A DNA stretch of 63,700 nt, counting the filler, from Dimorphilus gyrociliatus (Eukaryota > Animalia > Annelida), in NCBI GenBank assembly GCA_904063045.1. It is 3 parts of 3 records of this genome, joined end to end, with 100 filler letters (N's around TTAATTAATTAA, not from the genome) between each part and the next. Parts side by side here need not be neighbours in the genome. Positions count along the whole stretch, not along the records: positions 26,454 to 54,530 come from CAJFCJ010000265.1; 2 more parts are not named here. One strand, given 5' to 3'. A program made the translations under genes and the position numbers. The notes beneath the pieces were generated by a model, which had not been told where the DNA came from, did no database searches, and saw only the letters and a list, made by a program, of their open reading frames with translations. The number at the start of each line of letters is the position of its first letter. The first letter of the stretch is position 1. Of the stretch, positions 36,936 through 49,105 are shown one piece after another.

Positions 36936-38477
36936 CAGTACCAGCAGTAAGTCACTGTTACACCTCAAAAAAATATTTTCTTGATTTTTTCTCTTTCCAT
37001 ACTTGAAGAATGAAAGTGAGGGATATTATTATATTTAATTATATTCTTCTTAACATTATAGAGAGAAAATATACATTTTTCATTTCAAATCTCTGAATTA
37101 TTGATATTTTAATGTGGTAGGCCTATTTTCAATGGGAGCATAAGTACTTGTTACAATCACAAAATAATCTAAAAGAATATAAAAAGTATTTTTTTGTACT
37201 TATTTTTACTGTTTATTTATATGTGTTAATGTTTTAGTATTTTAAGTGCATACCCTTAGCTTCTACAACTGCCCTAAGCCTTCTTTCTATTGTCTTGAAT
37301 AAGAATTGAATTTCCAATTCTGAAATTTTAAAAAATTCCTCTCTGAACATCCCCACAGCTCATCCATGTTTCTTGACTTACTGCCATTAATCATTTTTTG
37401 CATATGCCCCATATTTGCTCAATAATGTTCAGCTCTGGGCTGTTTGCTGGCCATGGATCCAGTGTGTCCACTTGCTTTCTCATGAGGTATGCTTTTGTTC
37501 TGGCTGCTGTATGACAACTAGCCCCATCCTGCTGGAAAATTTCCCCTCTCTTATAGTTTGGGACAACATGACTGCTTAAAATTCTTAAGCTGTCATGCAG
37601 TTAGACACTAAAGCTAGATCCCTATCTCCATTGAATTTAATGTAGCCAAACACCATGATATTCCCTCCCCCAAATTTTACTGTTTTTGTGGTATATTTAG
37701 GGTTATTCCATTTTCCAGGTGGCCTCCTAACAAACTCCCTCCTCCTGGGATGCAGCTCAACCTTTGATTCATCAGAAAAAAATAATTTTTTCCAATTTTG
37801 AATCCCCCACTTTTCTCTCTCTACAGAGCTCTTTCTTACTTATTATCTGCCCCTTGGATAAGGCAGGTTTTTTGGCTGCAATCCTCCCATTTAAATTATT
37901 TTTCCTTAGTATTTGCTTCACTGTTGTTGGAGACAGAGATAGAGATATGCCAGAGTTATATAATACCTGATGGGCTGTCCACTTGGGGTTTGATTTAGAT
38001 GCCCTGGTAATTTGCCTTTCTATCTTTGGTGTCACTTTTTTTGGTCTACCACTTCTTTGCTTATCTTTTATCGTTTTTAGCTCTTAAAATTTATTTTTTA
38101 TATTTTGTACAGTAGTTGGACTACATTTAAAAAGCTTTGCCACTTTTCAAATGAACATTTCAGGTCTTTGAAGACAATTTAAAATAGAAATTCTTGTTGC
38201 TTCAGATAGCTTCACCATTTTTATTTTAAATTTGTCAACTGTTAGATTACACATGCAAACACTCATAAATGACCTTAAAATCTGTTTAAAAGTGACACTA
38301 CTCAATGATCAGGGTAAATTTTTTGAACATAACTGATGCTTGTACTTTTCCATAAATAAGCCTATGACATTAAAGTGATCATATTTCTGAGATTTAAAAT
38401 GAAAAACATATATTTTCTTTCTATAATGATAAGAATAAGATTATTAAATATAATAATATTCTTCATTTCCATTCTTT
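36936..38477 (-). mobile_element. Degenerate Tc1-like element with DD35E spacing and long imperfect TIRs
   Basis: TA|CAGTACC at 36936. Transposase 38218-37234 with SGRPK, FSDESK and QDGASCH-35 aa-E (WPANSPELNIIE). 37005-37150 is roughly 75% inverse-matched to 38340-38477; the outer right arm is missing. Confidence 0.85.
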
Positions 38478-39560
38478 AATATAATATCTTCATATAAAGA
38501 TTTCTTTGGTATCTTAATATCTTCTTTTCTGATAACAATCTTTGATATGCTGGTATAAGATCTGCTTCCCTTTTCAATCGATCTATCATAGAGTAAATGA
38601 AACATTTACTACAATATTTTTTCTGTCTCAGTTGGGTCCATTTTCTGTTGTCCCTCATAATCTTTAATTTTGGGTCTTTGTAATTATTTGTAATGTCATT
38701 CTGGGTCCATGGTGATTGTGAATTCTATTTTTATGGAATTTAGGGATCAGTGTCAGTATCAGATGGTCAGGTAAAACCAGCATGTTTCGTTTTTCAAGGA
38801 TAATCCAGATCATTTCCTTATGAGCAATTATCTCCATTACAAAAGGTGTAAAAGTTCCAAAATAAGGAATAGGTAGCTGACCATCCGATGTTAAATATTC
38901 TTTAATTGATTTCCAATTCACATCTTTTTCTTGTTCTAATTGTAGGTCAACTGAAAACAAATCAATTTTACCTTCAACATTATGACTAGTAGCTACAAAG
39001 GAAAGATCTGATGTATGTTCATACAGTTCCATTTTAACTGAAATAGAGGGAGACAATTCCTCCTCAAGCTCTTCAAATGTCACTTTCTGTGGGGGTGTAT
39101 ATTCTTCTAATCTTGTTAAAACATCTGCTCTATATTTTTGTCATGGCACATACTTAATTGTAAATTTTAAATCCATTAAGGCCATCACCCAGCTGTGCTA
39201 CCTTTAAATTTTGTATGCTTTAATGGTTGTACCAGACCTTGATGGTCAGTATGCAAAAAGAATGGCTTGTTTTGAAGGTGATGTAAAAATTTCTTTACAA
39301 CCCAGTAAACACCAAAAGCTTCCTTTTGATAGGCTGCATATTTCATTTGAATATTGTTGAATTGTTTAGATGTATAGGCAATGGTGTACAACTTGAATTT
39401 AAGTTATATTTTATGCTTGAACTATATTACTTGATGCAACTTATACATGTACCTCTTAAAACCAATGCAAGAAAATGCTACAACATTGGCCAAACACAGA
39501 TTTGATTAGTCAGCTTAAAGGCTCATCTTTAATTATCAGTTAAGGTTTGGCCAAATTATA
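38478..39560 (-). mobile_element. Ty3/gypsy pol remnant (RNase H followed by integrase zinc-binding region)
   Basis: IAYTSKQF..QKEAFGVYWVVKKF..LHTDHQGL, ADVLTRL and H..HHG..CSKC in gypsy order. Many stops. Confidence 0.8.
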
Positions 39561-40121
39561 ATTCAATTAACCTTCTTAAATGTTGAACCTTGTAACATCC
39601 TCTTACTAAAGATAAATATGAACTACACAGTTTGTAAACTGTAAAATATATCAGAGGCAAACCTCAGAGTATATAAATCCTCAATATTTTCATTCTAAGC
39701 ATCCCCATCTGGACCTCGGAAGATAACCTGCAACAACCTCCACTGGAGCCATTCATCTACTCCTCAACATTGGAAGACAGTTTGGTACTTTGGCAACCTG
39801 CTTTTATGAACTATCTACTCTACTATTGAACTCTCGATTGCTACTTGCTTAAGTATTATTATTCTTACTGTTTTGCTTTAAACATTTATTTAAAGGTTTG
39901 AAGTAGAACGAGTACATTTATAACTTGTAAACTTATAAATTGGGCAAACAAGGGCAGTAAAAATTTGCTGCTGTCAACAGGAATTATATAAAGACTTTTA
40001 TTTTATAGAAAGGGAATTACAGAACTTTCTAATAAAAATGGACTTGCTACAGCACTGGTAAATGAACAATACCGTTTAAAAAGTTACCTGTCAAAGTTGT
40101 TTTATTGTTGCACCAAATATA

Positions 40122-42152
40122 TCAATATGTTGCTGAACAATGTTTAAATGTTTCTCCTAGATATTTAGTTTGTTCTTTATTCAACTCACACAAATCAAAG
40201 CTTAATGTCTTCAAACACTTTGAAGAAGATTTGAGTCCTTCGCATATCACTTCAAAGCCCTTCCCCATATTATTATTGTATGATAAATTAACATCCTCCA
40301 ATGCTGAACACTGTTTAAATGTTTCTCCTAGACATTTAGCTTGTTCATTATTCAAACTACATATGTAAAGTTTAATTATTTTCAAAGAGTTTGAAGAAGA
40401 TTTGAGTCCATCACATATCACGTTAAAGCCATTCCTCATATTCTTATTGTATGATATATTAACATCCACCAATGCTGAACATTGTTTTAATGTTTCTCCT
40501 AGACATTTAGCTTGTTCATCATTCAAATCACATCTGTTAAGTTTAATTGTTTTCATAGAGTTTGAACAAGATTTCAGTCCATCACATGTTACTTTAAAGC
40601 CATTCCCCATATTCTGATTGCATGATAAATCAATGACCTCCAATGTTGAACACTGTTTAAATGTTTTTCCTAGATATTTAGCTTGTTCATCATTCAAACT
40701 ACATCTGTTAAGTTTAATTGTTTTCATAGAGTTTGAAGAAGACTTCAGTCCCTCACATATTGCTTTAAAGCCATTCCCCATATTCTCATTGGATGACAAA
40801 TCAACATCCTCCAATGCTGAACACTGTTTAAATGTTTCTCCTAGACATTCAGCTTGTTCATTATTCAAATCACAACCTTCGATTGTAATTGTTTTCATGG
40901 TGTTTGAAGAAGATTTGAGTCCATCACATATCACTTGTAAGCCATTCCCCATATTCTTATTGTATGATATATTAACATCCACCACTGCTGAACATTGTTT
41001 TAATGTTTCTCCAAGACATTTAGCTTGTTCATCATTCAAATCACATCTGTTAAGTTTAATTGTTTTCATAGAGTTTGAACAAGATTTCAGTCCATCACAT
41101 ATCATTTCAAATCCATTCCCCATATTCTCATTATATGATATATTGACATCCTCCAATGCTGAATACTGTTTAATTGTTTCTCCTAGACATTTAGCTTGGT
41201 CATCATTCAAATCACATTCAACAAGTTTAACTGTTTTCATAGAGTTTGAAGAAGATTTGAGTCCATCACATATTACTTCAAATCCATTCCCCATATTCTC
41301 ATTGTTTGATAAATCAACATCCCCCAATGCTGAACACTTTTTAAATGTTTCTCCTAGACATTTAGCTTGTTTATCATCCAAATCACATCCAACAAGTTTA
41401 ACTGTTTTCATAGAGTTTGAAGAAGATTTGAGTCCATCACATATCACTTCAAATCCATTCCCCATATTCTCATTGTTTGATAAATCAACATCCTCCAATA
41501 CTGAATACTGTTTAAATGTTTTTCCTAGACATTTAGCTTGTTCTGCAGTCAAACTACATATGTAAAGTTTAATTATTTTCATAGAGTTTGAAGAAGATTT
41601 GAGTCCATCACATATCACTTCAAATCCATTCCCCATATTCTCATTATATGATAAATTAACATCCTCCAATTCTGAACACTGTGTAAATGTTTCTCCTAGA
41701 CATTTAGCTTGTTCATCATTCAAACTACATTGGTAAAGTTTAATTGTTTTCATGGAGTTTGATGAAGATTTGAATCCATCACATATCACTTTAAAGCCAT
41801 TTCCCATATTCTTATTCCAAGAGAAATCAACATGCTCCAATGCTGAACACTGTGTAAATGTTTTTCCTAGACATATTGCTTTTGCATCATTCAAATGACA
41901 TCCAACAAGTTTAATTGTTTTTATAGAGTTTGATGAAGACTTGAGTGCATGACATATCATTTTAAACCCATTCCCCATATTTCTGTTTTTGGAGAGTTTA
42001 AGATATTTTAGTGATGCACATTTTTTTAAGTTTTTATCAAATATGTTTGAATCCTGATTATTTAACTTAGAATCTATAATAACAATATCTGTTAATGTAT
42101 CTTTAAATGAGTCAAAATTAAAATATATATGAGCTTTAATATAACTTTCCAA
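40122..42152 (-). CDS. Open ribonuclease-inhibitor-like LRR region (676 codons, no upstream ATG of its own; track start is TTG)
   Basis: 11 units of 57 aa (CSxLEDVxLSxNxNMGNGFxVICDGLKSSSNSMKTIKLxxCxLNDEQAKCLGETFKQ). Confidence 0.85.
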   Translation of the reverse strand: MESYIKAHIYFNFDSFKDTLTDIVIIDSKLNNQDSNIFDKNLKKCASLKYLKLSKNRNMGNGFKMICHALKSSSNSIKTIKLVGCHLNDAKAICLGKTFTQCSALEHVDFSWNKNMGNGFKVICDGFKSSSNSMKTIKLYQCSLNDEQAKCLGETFTQCSELEDVNLSYNENMGNGFEVICDGLKSSSNSMKIIKLYICSLTAEQAKCLGKTFKQYSVLEDVDLSNNENMGNGFEVICDGLKSSSNSMKTVKLVGCDLDDKQAKCLGETFKKCSALGDVDLSNNENMGNGFEVICDGLKSSSNSMKTVKLVECDLNDDQAKCLGETIKQYSALEDVNISYNENMGNGFEMICDGLKSCSNSMKTIKLNRCDLNDEQAKCLGETLKQCSAVVDVNISYNKNMGNGLQVICDGLKSSSNTMKTITIEGCDLNNEQAECLGETFKQCSALEDVDLSSNENMGNGFKAICEGLKSSSNSMKTIKLNRCSLNDEQAKYLGKTFKQCSTLEVIDLSCNQNMGNGFKVTCDGLKSCSNSMKTIKLNRCDLNDEQAKCLGETLKQCSALVDVNISYNKNMRNGFNVICDGLKSSSNSLKIIKLYICSLNNEQAKCLGETFKQCSALEDVNLSYNNNMGKGFEVICEGLKSSSKCLKTLSFDLCELNKEQTKYLGETFKHCSATY
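40130..42010. repeat. 171-bp coding tandem repeat, ~11 copies
   Basis: AATCCATTCCCCATATTCTC at 41281 and 41452 (period 171). Higher-order 513-bp match between 40528 and 41041, and between 40451 and 40964. Confidence 0.95.
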
Positions 42153-44344
42153 TAATAAAGTTTTATTCTTGGTACATTTTCCTACAAGGTCAATTAAAGT
42201 TCTTTTCTGTTTTTCAAACTCTTTTCAAGATATAATATTAAAAATTGCCAATGGCTCAATATTTAAAAATCATCATTTAATATCTCTTTATTTCTTTTGG
42301 CAATATACTTTTTACAATATAATTCTAGTGGAAAATGCAGCATGTTAACCAATTTTTTTTAATGCCCATAATATGCACTCCAAAGTGTATTTGTTCAATT
42401 TGGTAAACTTTTTTTTATCAATTCTCTGATATGCTTCTGTGGAATTGAAATAAAAATTTTTCAATTTTTTATCACTGAAAACTTTAATCTGAATAATACT
42501 TGTTGTTTTAATTAATGAACAAAAAAAGAAAATTTTGTCTACAAGTAGTCTTAACAAATGTAATTTTGATGGAAATTAATCTACAAAATGCCAGTTTTCA
42601 TTGAAAGACTATGTATTGAGTAAATGAGTTTCTAGTTCTAAATAAAAAAGTTTAAATAAACAGGGAATGTATTGCCTTTTATACATTTACCAAAGCTTGG
42701 GTTCACTTTGTTAAAGGATTATGAAGTTGAAATTTAACAGTCTTGTAATTCACATATAATAAAACCATGAAAAAGTATTACATCATTAATGGCTAACATG
42801 TGGTACTGCAAAAACAAGCCTGCCTCTTCTGCATCTGTTTTTTGAATAAGATGTAACAAGTTTGACATGCATTTTTTTCTATATTGTTTGTTCCTTTTTT
42901 AATTCCATAATGGCACCGTCTGTTATGGTCAAAGAATCTATTTCTTACGAAATAAAGGTATTTTTAAAGTTCTAGAATCTAATTCTGCTAAATAAAAGTC
43001 TAAAGCAACACAGTTATAATTCCTATAAAATAACACTTTTTCTAAACTTCCACCATTATAATTCCTACAATATAAAATTCATTCTATATTTCCATCATTA
43101 TTATTGCTAAGAAATAAAAGCCTTTCTTTTAATATCAAAAGTCTAAATATTACATTGTTATTTCTAAGTGCACATGAGATGTAATCATAATATGAATGGT
43201 AAATTATTTGACATATAACTGTAACAGTCCAAAAAAAATTTTTTAGTGAATTAAAGTCTATTTTACTGCTGTAAATGTGATTATCCAATAAACAACTTCC
43301 TCTGATTTCTATTAATAAGCTAACTATAGTATTATTTAAATCTTCATTATTTAAATTAAACTTTTGGTTGCTTTCTAAACCATTTGATAAATATTTTTTT
43401 ACATTCTCACTGCAATCAAGCATTTCTTGTGCAATTGTAGAGGAAAGTAGAATATTTTGAAATATTGATTGAGAGTATTGTTGAACAAAATCTAAAGTAT
43501 TATATATCCTAATATTGTTATTTTCTTTAAACAATTCATCCTAAGTTTTTTTATCATTCAATGAAGTTGTAAATGTTCAAATTCTTTCTTTGGGTTTCTG
43601 CTCATACTCTTTTATCAGATATTTAGATGAAAAGTATTCTTGAAATGATAAATGATACAGCTGTAACTCTTTTTTCTTCATTTTAGTAGGAATGACATCA
43701 ATTAATCTTTTAAGACAATTTTCAATTTTTTTCTCTTTGTGTGAATAGGAGTCAAGTATGATTTTACTTTTGAAAAGTTAATAAAACATAACTTTTATAT
43801 ATTATCTATGTTTGAATCACTCTTTTTTGTGGTCTCTAGATTTTTCTTTTGAACTAACTATACTAATAAAATCTTCAAATATTTGAAAAAGAGGTTTGTG
43901 AAAATTATCCCCTTTCTCTTACCAAATATAAAAAATAATCATTGGTAAATGTGGTACTTGGCAAAGATTTTGTATTTTTGGATATTTCTTGACAACTTTT
44001 TCAATAAATTCCATAGCTATATTATTAGAATCAGTTTGAAAAAATTTTTGAAAAAAGTTTCTATTTAAATATTATTCTAACCTGTTAATTCAAATGCATG
44101 GTCACAAGTTGTTATAATTTGTTTTCCTTTCCATTCTCATGTCCAAATGGCATTTGGAATGTTACAATTTGCTCTATTGATTATTTCATTAAATTTATGT
44201 GTTGGAAGATGAAACTCATCTGCTCCATCTAGTAATAATATGATGTCTTTTTTCTTTTCTTTAAAAAATAATTGTATAATATGCTCAATTATATAATCAA
44301 TATTTTTGAAATTTTATCTATATATCTCTGGCTGAAAGAAATAA

Positions 44345-44701
44345 ACTTGTTGATTTGATGGAATATATTGAAGACAACTGAATTAAAAGTAGCTTTTGGC
44401 CTGCAGAGACTTGGTCTGTTTTCAACCATACAACTAAATATGATTTAGAAGGTTTTCATCATAAATTAAATAAAAATATAGGTTCAAACTTGTCATTTTA
44501 TTTAGTTGTTGATGAACTAAAAGAGAAGCTGACTTTATTTCTATTTATGAGAAATTATTAAGTGAGAGAAAAATTGTGAGATGTCAAAAAAAGACTTATT
44601 TAAGAATTCAAAAGGAAATCTTAGGAATTTGGGAAAAGTTCAAAGCTGGTGAAATTATAGCAAGTCAACTTCTTGAAATGTCTTCTGAAGTGTATTATTA
44701 A
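44345..44701 (+). mobile_element. Mutator-like (MULE) transposase C-terminal remnant inserted in the NACHT domain
   Basis: YIEDN*I..WPAETWSVF..DLEGFHHKLN..FYLVVDELK..EA..LLSERKIVRCQKKTY..WEKFKAGE..LL. Confidence 0.72.
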
Positions 44702-45559
44702 TCTGTTTACTTCTGTTTTCTGTAGTATGTTAATGTCGAAATATATTTCAATAAATTTGGAAAATCATTTAGATATAAATTATTATTTTAACTAATTTTT
44801 TTTTCTAGAATTATCATTCAACCTGGCAAAAAATAATATAATATAGCATTCTTTTTCTGTCAGCTTGGGACCCCCTTTTTGAATGCCCTCATACAAATAT
44901 GATTTTTCATATGGACATTTTTTCCTATCCCAGATTCTCTTTGAATTAAATCCTTATTGAAATCTTTATAAGTTTCTTTAGTTTCACCAAAAGGTAAAAG
45001 TTTAATTGTTGTGAAATCTTTTCTCCTTTCTTCTTTTGTATCACAAATTAACCTTTTCCTTACAAATTTTAGATCACTTAAATTTTTTGCCTATTCTCTT
45101 TTTAAGGCTTGTAAAATTTCAATACCATCTTTTAATAAGCATTTAGTATTTTGATTGACTCAATAGTAGCTGCATTTTTGTGTGTTTTATACTGATTTTC
45201 CAGAATTTCTCTCATGTGTGTTTCTATTGTGGCAATTGAAAATAAATGCATGCAAAATTGTTCAAATTTAAATGTTTGGTTTAATAACATGAAAAGTTGT
45301 ACACCTACATTTGTCAGCTATATTGTACAATTGATAAGAAGTATTAAACTAGTATTGTACTGCGCAGACAGCACTGATAGAGATCAACAATAATGACCTA
45401 GTTTCACATAGGGCAGTGCATATACAGATTGCAGCAATAAATTCTATTAAATTATCCACAGAATATAGTTATTTGTTACAGAGCATTGATATCACAGTTG
45501 TAATGTTAAATAAATAATTAATGATTGGAAAGGATGATACCAGTTGTGATGAACCAGAA

Positions 45560-46400
45560 ATTCCTATAATTACAATACACAAAGTACAAAAGTTTTTCAG
45601 TAAAATAGTTGAAACAAAGCTGATGCAGTGAAACCATTGTGATCAACAATCATCAAAAAGTTATTTTAATTCTAAATAGAGAATAGAGTGAATCTAAGAG
45701 TTTATTTACAAATATATAGATTTTGAATTCTGAAGTGTATTATGTGAAACAGGTAGGCCATATTTTATGCTTAGTCATTTTTTTGGGGTGATATTTTTTT
45801 TTTTGCCAAACTGACTTATATAAAACAATCCTACATGAATATTTTTATTGAAGTAATTATTGTTAATATGTCTTTTCAATTTTAAACCTATTTATAACTA
45901 CTTTTTTAGGAAATTTAGAAAGTTAATAAAGAAAACTTACCTAATGCACTCTTATATTCACAAGGCTTGTTCTGTTATTGGTAACTAGTGTTTCAATAGT
46001 ATTGAGCAACACTGTATTCAATACAAATTTTTAGAAATTTGATTTTTATCCTAGTATGGTTTGCAAATTTTGTACTCATCTTATTAATGAGACAATTAAA
46101 TGTGGTTGGACTGGTATTGATTCAACTGAATGCTTACATTTATGCTGTTGTATGAATTTATATCTGGATTGTTAACAGTTTTCTGCAAAGGTCAGTATGT
46201 AAAAGTTACCAATACCAACATTCTATTCAGAAGGGTTCACCCTCTGAAATGTTTGATTATTTCTACTGCAACTCTGTATTCAATGATAAGACTGCTTCAG
46301 CTTTTATGTCAAGATGTAAGTGTTAGTTTATTCATAATCAGTTCAATACTTACAAATTTGTTAACAGTAATATCAGAATCAAATACATATTTAGGCAAGG
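45560..46400 (+). mobile_element. Highly decayed non-LTR (LINE) reverse transcriptase remnant
   Basis: IPIITIHKVQK and WIVNSFL..GQYVKV fragments resemble LINE RT. YADD and PQG are not cleanly recognisable. Confidence 0.35.
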
Positions 46401-46899
46401 AATCTTATAAGATGATTGATAATATTTGTCAACTTGGAAGTTTAACAATTCCACAGAGATACTCAACTTGCTCAAATCCTACATAAATAATAAGAGAAAT
46501 TTTTATATCAAATGTTTCGGCGAAAACCTAAATAAAGTCATACTGAAATTCTGCCATTAATTTCTATATCTGGGTTTTTTTAATAATTTGAAAAGATTTT
46601 CCAATTCTCCATTATTGTCTATAAATGTTTCAAAAAAGTCAATTCTAATGTCATTTAGTGCACTGAATTTGTGTTTGACAGCTCAAATTCATTTCGTAAT
46701 TTTTCTTTTGCCTTTCTTCCATATTCATCAGTTTTAATCTTGATATCAGATTGACTTTTGGCTTCTTTACACTTTGAAAGAATTTATATATTTCATTTTT
46801 TTCAATGCCTGGTCAAACTATTAGCAAACTGTCAGTATTTTACAATATATAAAAACTGTTAAATTTTCAGAGTCTCTATACTTTTCTAAGAGATCAACA

Positions 46900-47220
46900 T
46901 TTCAGAATCATGGATACAAGTACTCAAGGATAAAATATCATAAGTCAATGTATGCTAGTAATAGATAATACCAATGTTGACCATTTATTATCTTTGATTT
47001 GACTGTTGTATTTCCTTTTTATCACATTGAAAACTTGCTTGAGCAACAAAGTCTATAAATTGATTTCCTTCATCAGTTTGAAAGTAAACTTATGTACTTC
47101 CAATCAAATTTCCTGTTTCACAAATAACAGAGAGGTTAGACGATTGTCTTTTGGGTGAAAACTTCACCATCTGCAAACATATATCCCTACACACAAACTA
47201 CTTCTTCATGGACAAGAAGA
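46900..47220 (-). mobile_element. Integrase core remnant
   Basis: FQTDEGNQF and FNVIKRKY..KWSTLVLSI fragments with stops. Confidence 0.4.
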
Positions 47221-48100
47221 TTATCTCCAGAGAGTATTGGTCTGTAATGTAACTGCTAAGTTAGTAGATGATCTGAATCATCCAGAGAAAATCCAGATTC
47301 ATCAGTAAAAAACTTGAACTGAAGGCCACAGAAATCCTTGTAAATTACAAGAAAATTATTGCAAAAGAGAGATTTAATATTGGCAATCCAGATGTTCCAC
47401 CCCTGGAATTTTTTCTCAGTACAAATTATATTGGCAAAACTCTGGACTTCCATTAATACATTAGTATTATTTAGAACTTAATTCATTCTAAAGATTAGTA
47501 TTTTGGACCAGTACTCTGGCAAATTGGTAAATGATTTGAAAGGACAAATACTGTTCTACATAGCCAGAAAATTCCTTCAAATACAATACAACAAAGTACA
47601 AATGACAAAAAATTACGTAAAAGAAATTGAAAAAGTAAATAGAAATGCAACTACAATTCCTCTTGTTAATTCTTCATAACATTCTCCCTAGATATTCTGT
47701 TTTCATCATCATTATGATTCAAAAATGAGTTTTATCAATTTTCTAAAACTATGAGGTTAAAGCCTAATACACAAATTTTCCTATCAAAACATAATAAGTC
47801 AGTTTCAATGATGACGTAATATGAGTGATTAGGAACATGGATTAAAAATCTACTAATTTCCTTAGTGTTTTAAAACCATACGAAATCAAAAGTAGAAATG
47901 ATTTTTTTTCGTAAATTTTCATGAATGAGTTACTTAGGTGGGTATTTTATGTCTTCATTTAGGTTGCTATTTTTCTTTACCATTAAAAGAAAGACAGTCT
48001 GAAAGTAAGTGCAACCTTAAAATGACTTTTTCAAATATAGATATAATGGAATGTGAATTGAGGAATTTTTAGTTGAAATTTGATTTTAAACATTTCTAAA

Positions 48101-49105
48101 ATGTTGAATGGTATTCTACAGAGAAAGAGTTGTATATTTTCATCCAACAGATTTGGTAAAATATTCCAAAAGAGATTTGTCTTTTCTAAGGCAAAAGTAC
48201 TTTCACTAATAAGAACTGATTTTGATGAAAAAAACCATATAAACAATTCACTGGTATCAAGTATTACTATAGACTATCATCTTCACAATGTCAATAATTA
48301 TCATAATATACTCCTAAAAAAAAGATTGTTATGTTTAACTCTGAATAATTCTTCTTTAGAATTGAATGAAATGAAAAAGCTGATAAAACATTTGGAAAAT
48401 TGTCCACATTTTTTTGGGTTTTTCATTATATCACCTCAAAATGATTATAATGAAGGATTAAGTTATTTTTTAAATCAAATGTTACTGGAAAACAGAAAAA
48501 TTAAACAATTTGGACTTACTAATGCTACTTGTAATGAAGAACTTTCAAGTACTATTTATAAATTTTTTGATGGATGGCATAATAGAGAAGTACTTTGTTT
48601 AAAAAATACAACATTTCAAAAAGATTACATTGAAAATTTGTTGGAAAATTCAAAAGAGTCTGATCTTAAATTGAAACACTTTGAATATTCTTCATCTAAT
48701 CTCAATAAAAGAACAATTTGTGTAATTGCTAAATTTTTTATGTCATGTAGAAGATTATATTCTATTGACTTAAGTGGAAATAAAGAAATTGGATCATTCA
48801 TTCAAGATATTTGCAATGGTTTGTTGTATTCTAAAAATACTATTCGAAATATAAGCATAAGTGATTGCAAATTGAATGAGGAACAGTGCCACATTTTGGG
48901 TAACTTTTTAAAAGAATGCCCTAACATTTCTACTTTGATTTTAGACAATAACACCAATATGGGTAATGGTTTTGAAACAATTTGTCATGGTTTAAAACAT
49001 TCACTTGTACCTAGATGTTATTTATCATTACAGAACTGCAATCTTAATTCTCACCAAATGGAATGGCTAGAGGATTTACAAAGAGACAAATCTAATAGAT
49101 ATTGA
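48101..49105 (+). CDS. LRR protein of the same 57-aa repeat family (single exon, ~334 aa from ATG 48101)
   Basis: C-terminal LYSIDLSGNKEIG..ICNGL..SDCKLNEEQC..NTNMGNGFETICHGLKHS matches the unit at 40122-42152. Confidence 0.8.
   Translation: MLNGILQRKSCIFSSNRFGKIFQKRFVFSKAKVLSLIRTDFDEKNHINNSLVSSITIDYHLHNVNNYHNILLKKRLLCLTLNNSSLELNEMKKLIKHLENCPHFFGFFIISPQNDYNEGLSYFLNQMLLENRKIKQFGLTNATCNEELSSTIYKFFDGWHNREVLCLKNTTFQKDYIENLLENSKESDLKLKHFEYSSSNLNKRTICVIAKFFMSCRRLYSIDLSGNKEIGSFIQDICNGLLYSKNTIRNISISDCKLNEEQCHILGNFLKECPNISTLILDNNTNMGNGFETICHGLKHSLVPRCYLSLQNCNLNSHQMEWLEDLQRDKSNRY

Larger units (their letters stand above)
40122..45180 (-). pseudogene. Decayed NACHT-LRR (NLR-type) gene
   Basis: Walker A-like LIQRESGIGKN (~44917-44950), Walker B IILLLDGADE (~44215-44245), ELTG, LCQVPHL (~43945-43965) and WH-like LLHLIQ (~42820), then the LRR array. 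Stops and frameshifts throughout the NACHT part. Confidence 0.75.

Noticed and set aside
40105-41565. Plus-strand ORFs 40105, 40402 and 40618 (315 aa)
   Set aside because: Antisense shadows of the repetitive LRR frame.
40130-42010. Regular repeats as a CRISPR-like array
   Set aside because: These are contiguous 171-bp in-frame coding units with no unique spacers, in eukaryotic context with no cas genes.
47256-47453. FFTDESGF as a Tc1/IS630 catalytic motif
   Set aside because: An isolated motif with no second D, no E region and no TIR.
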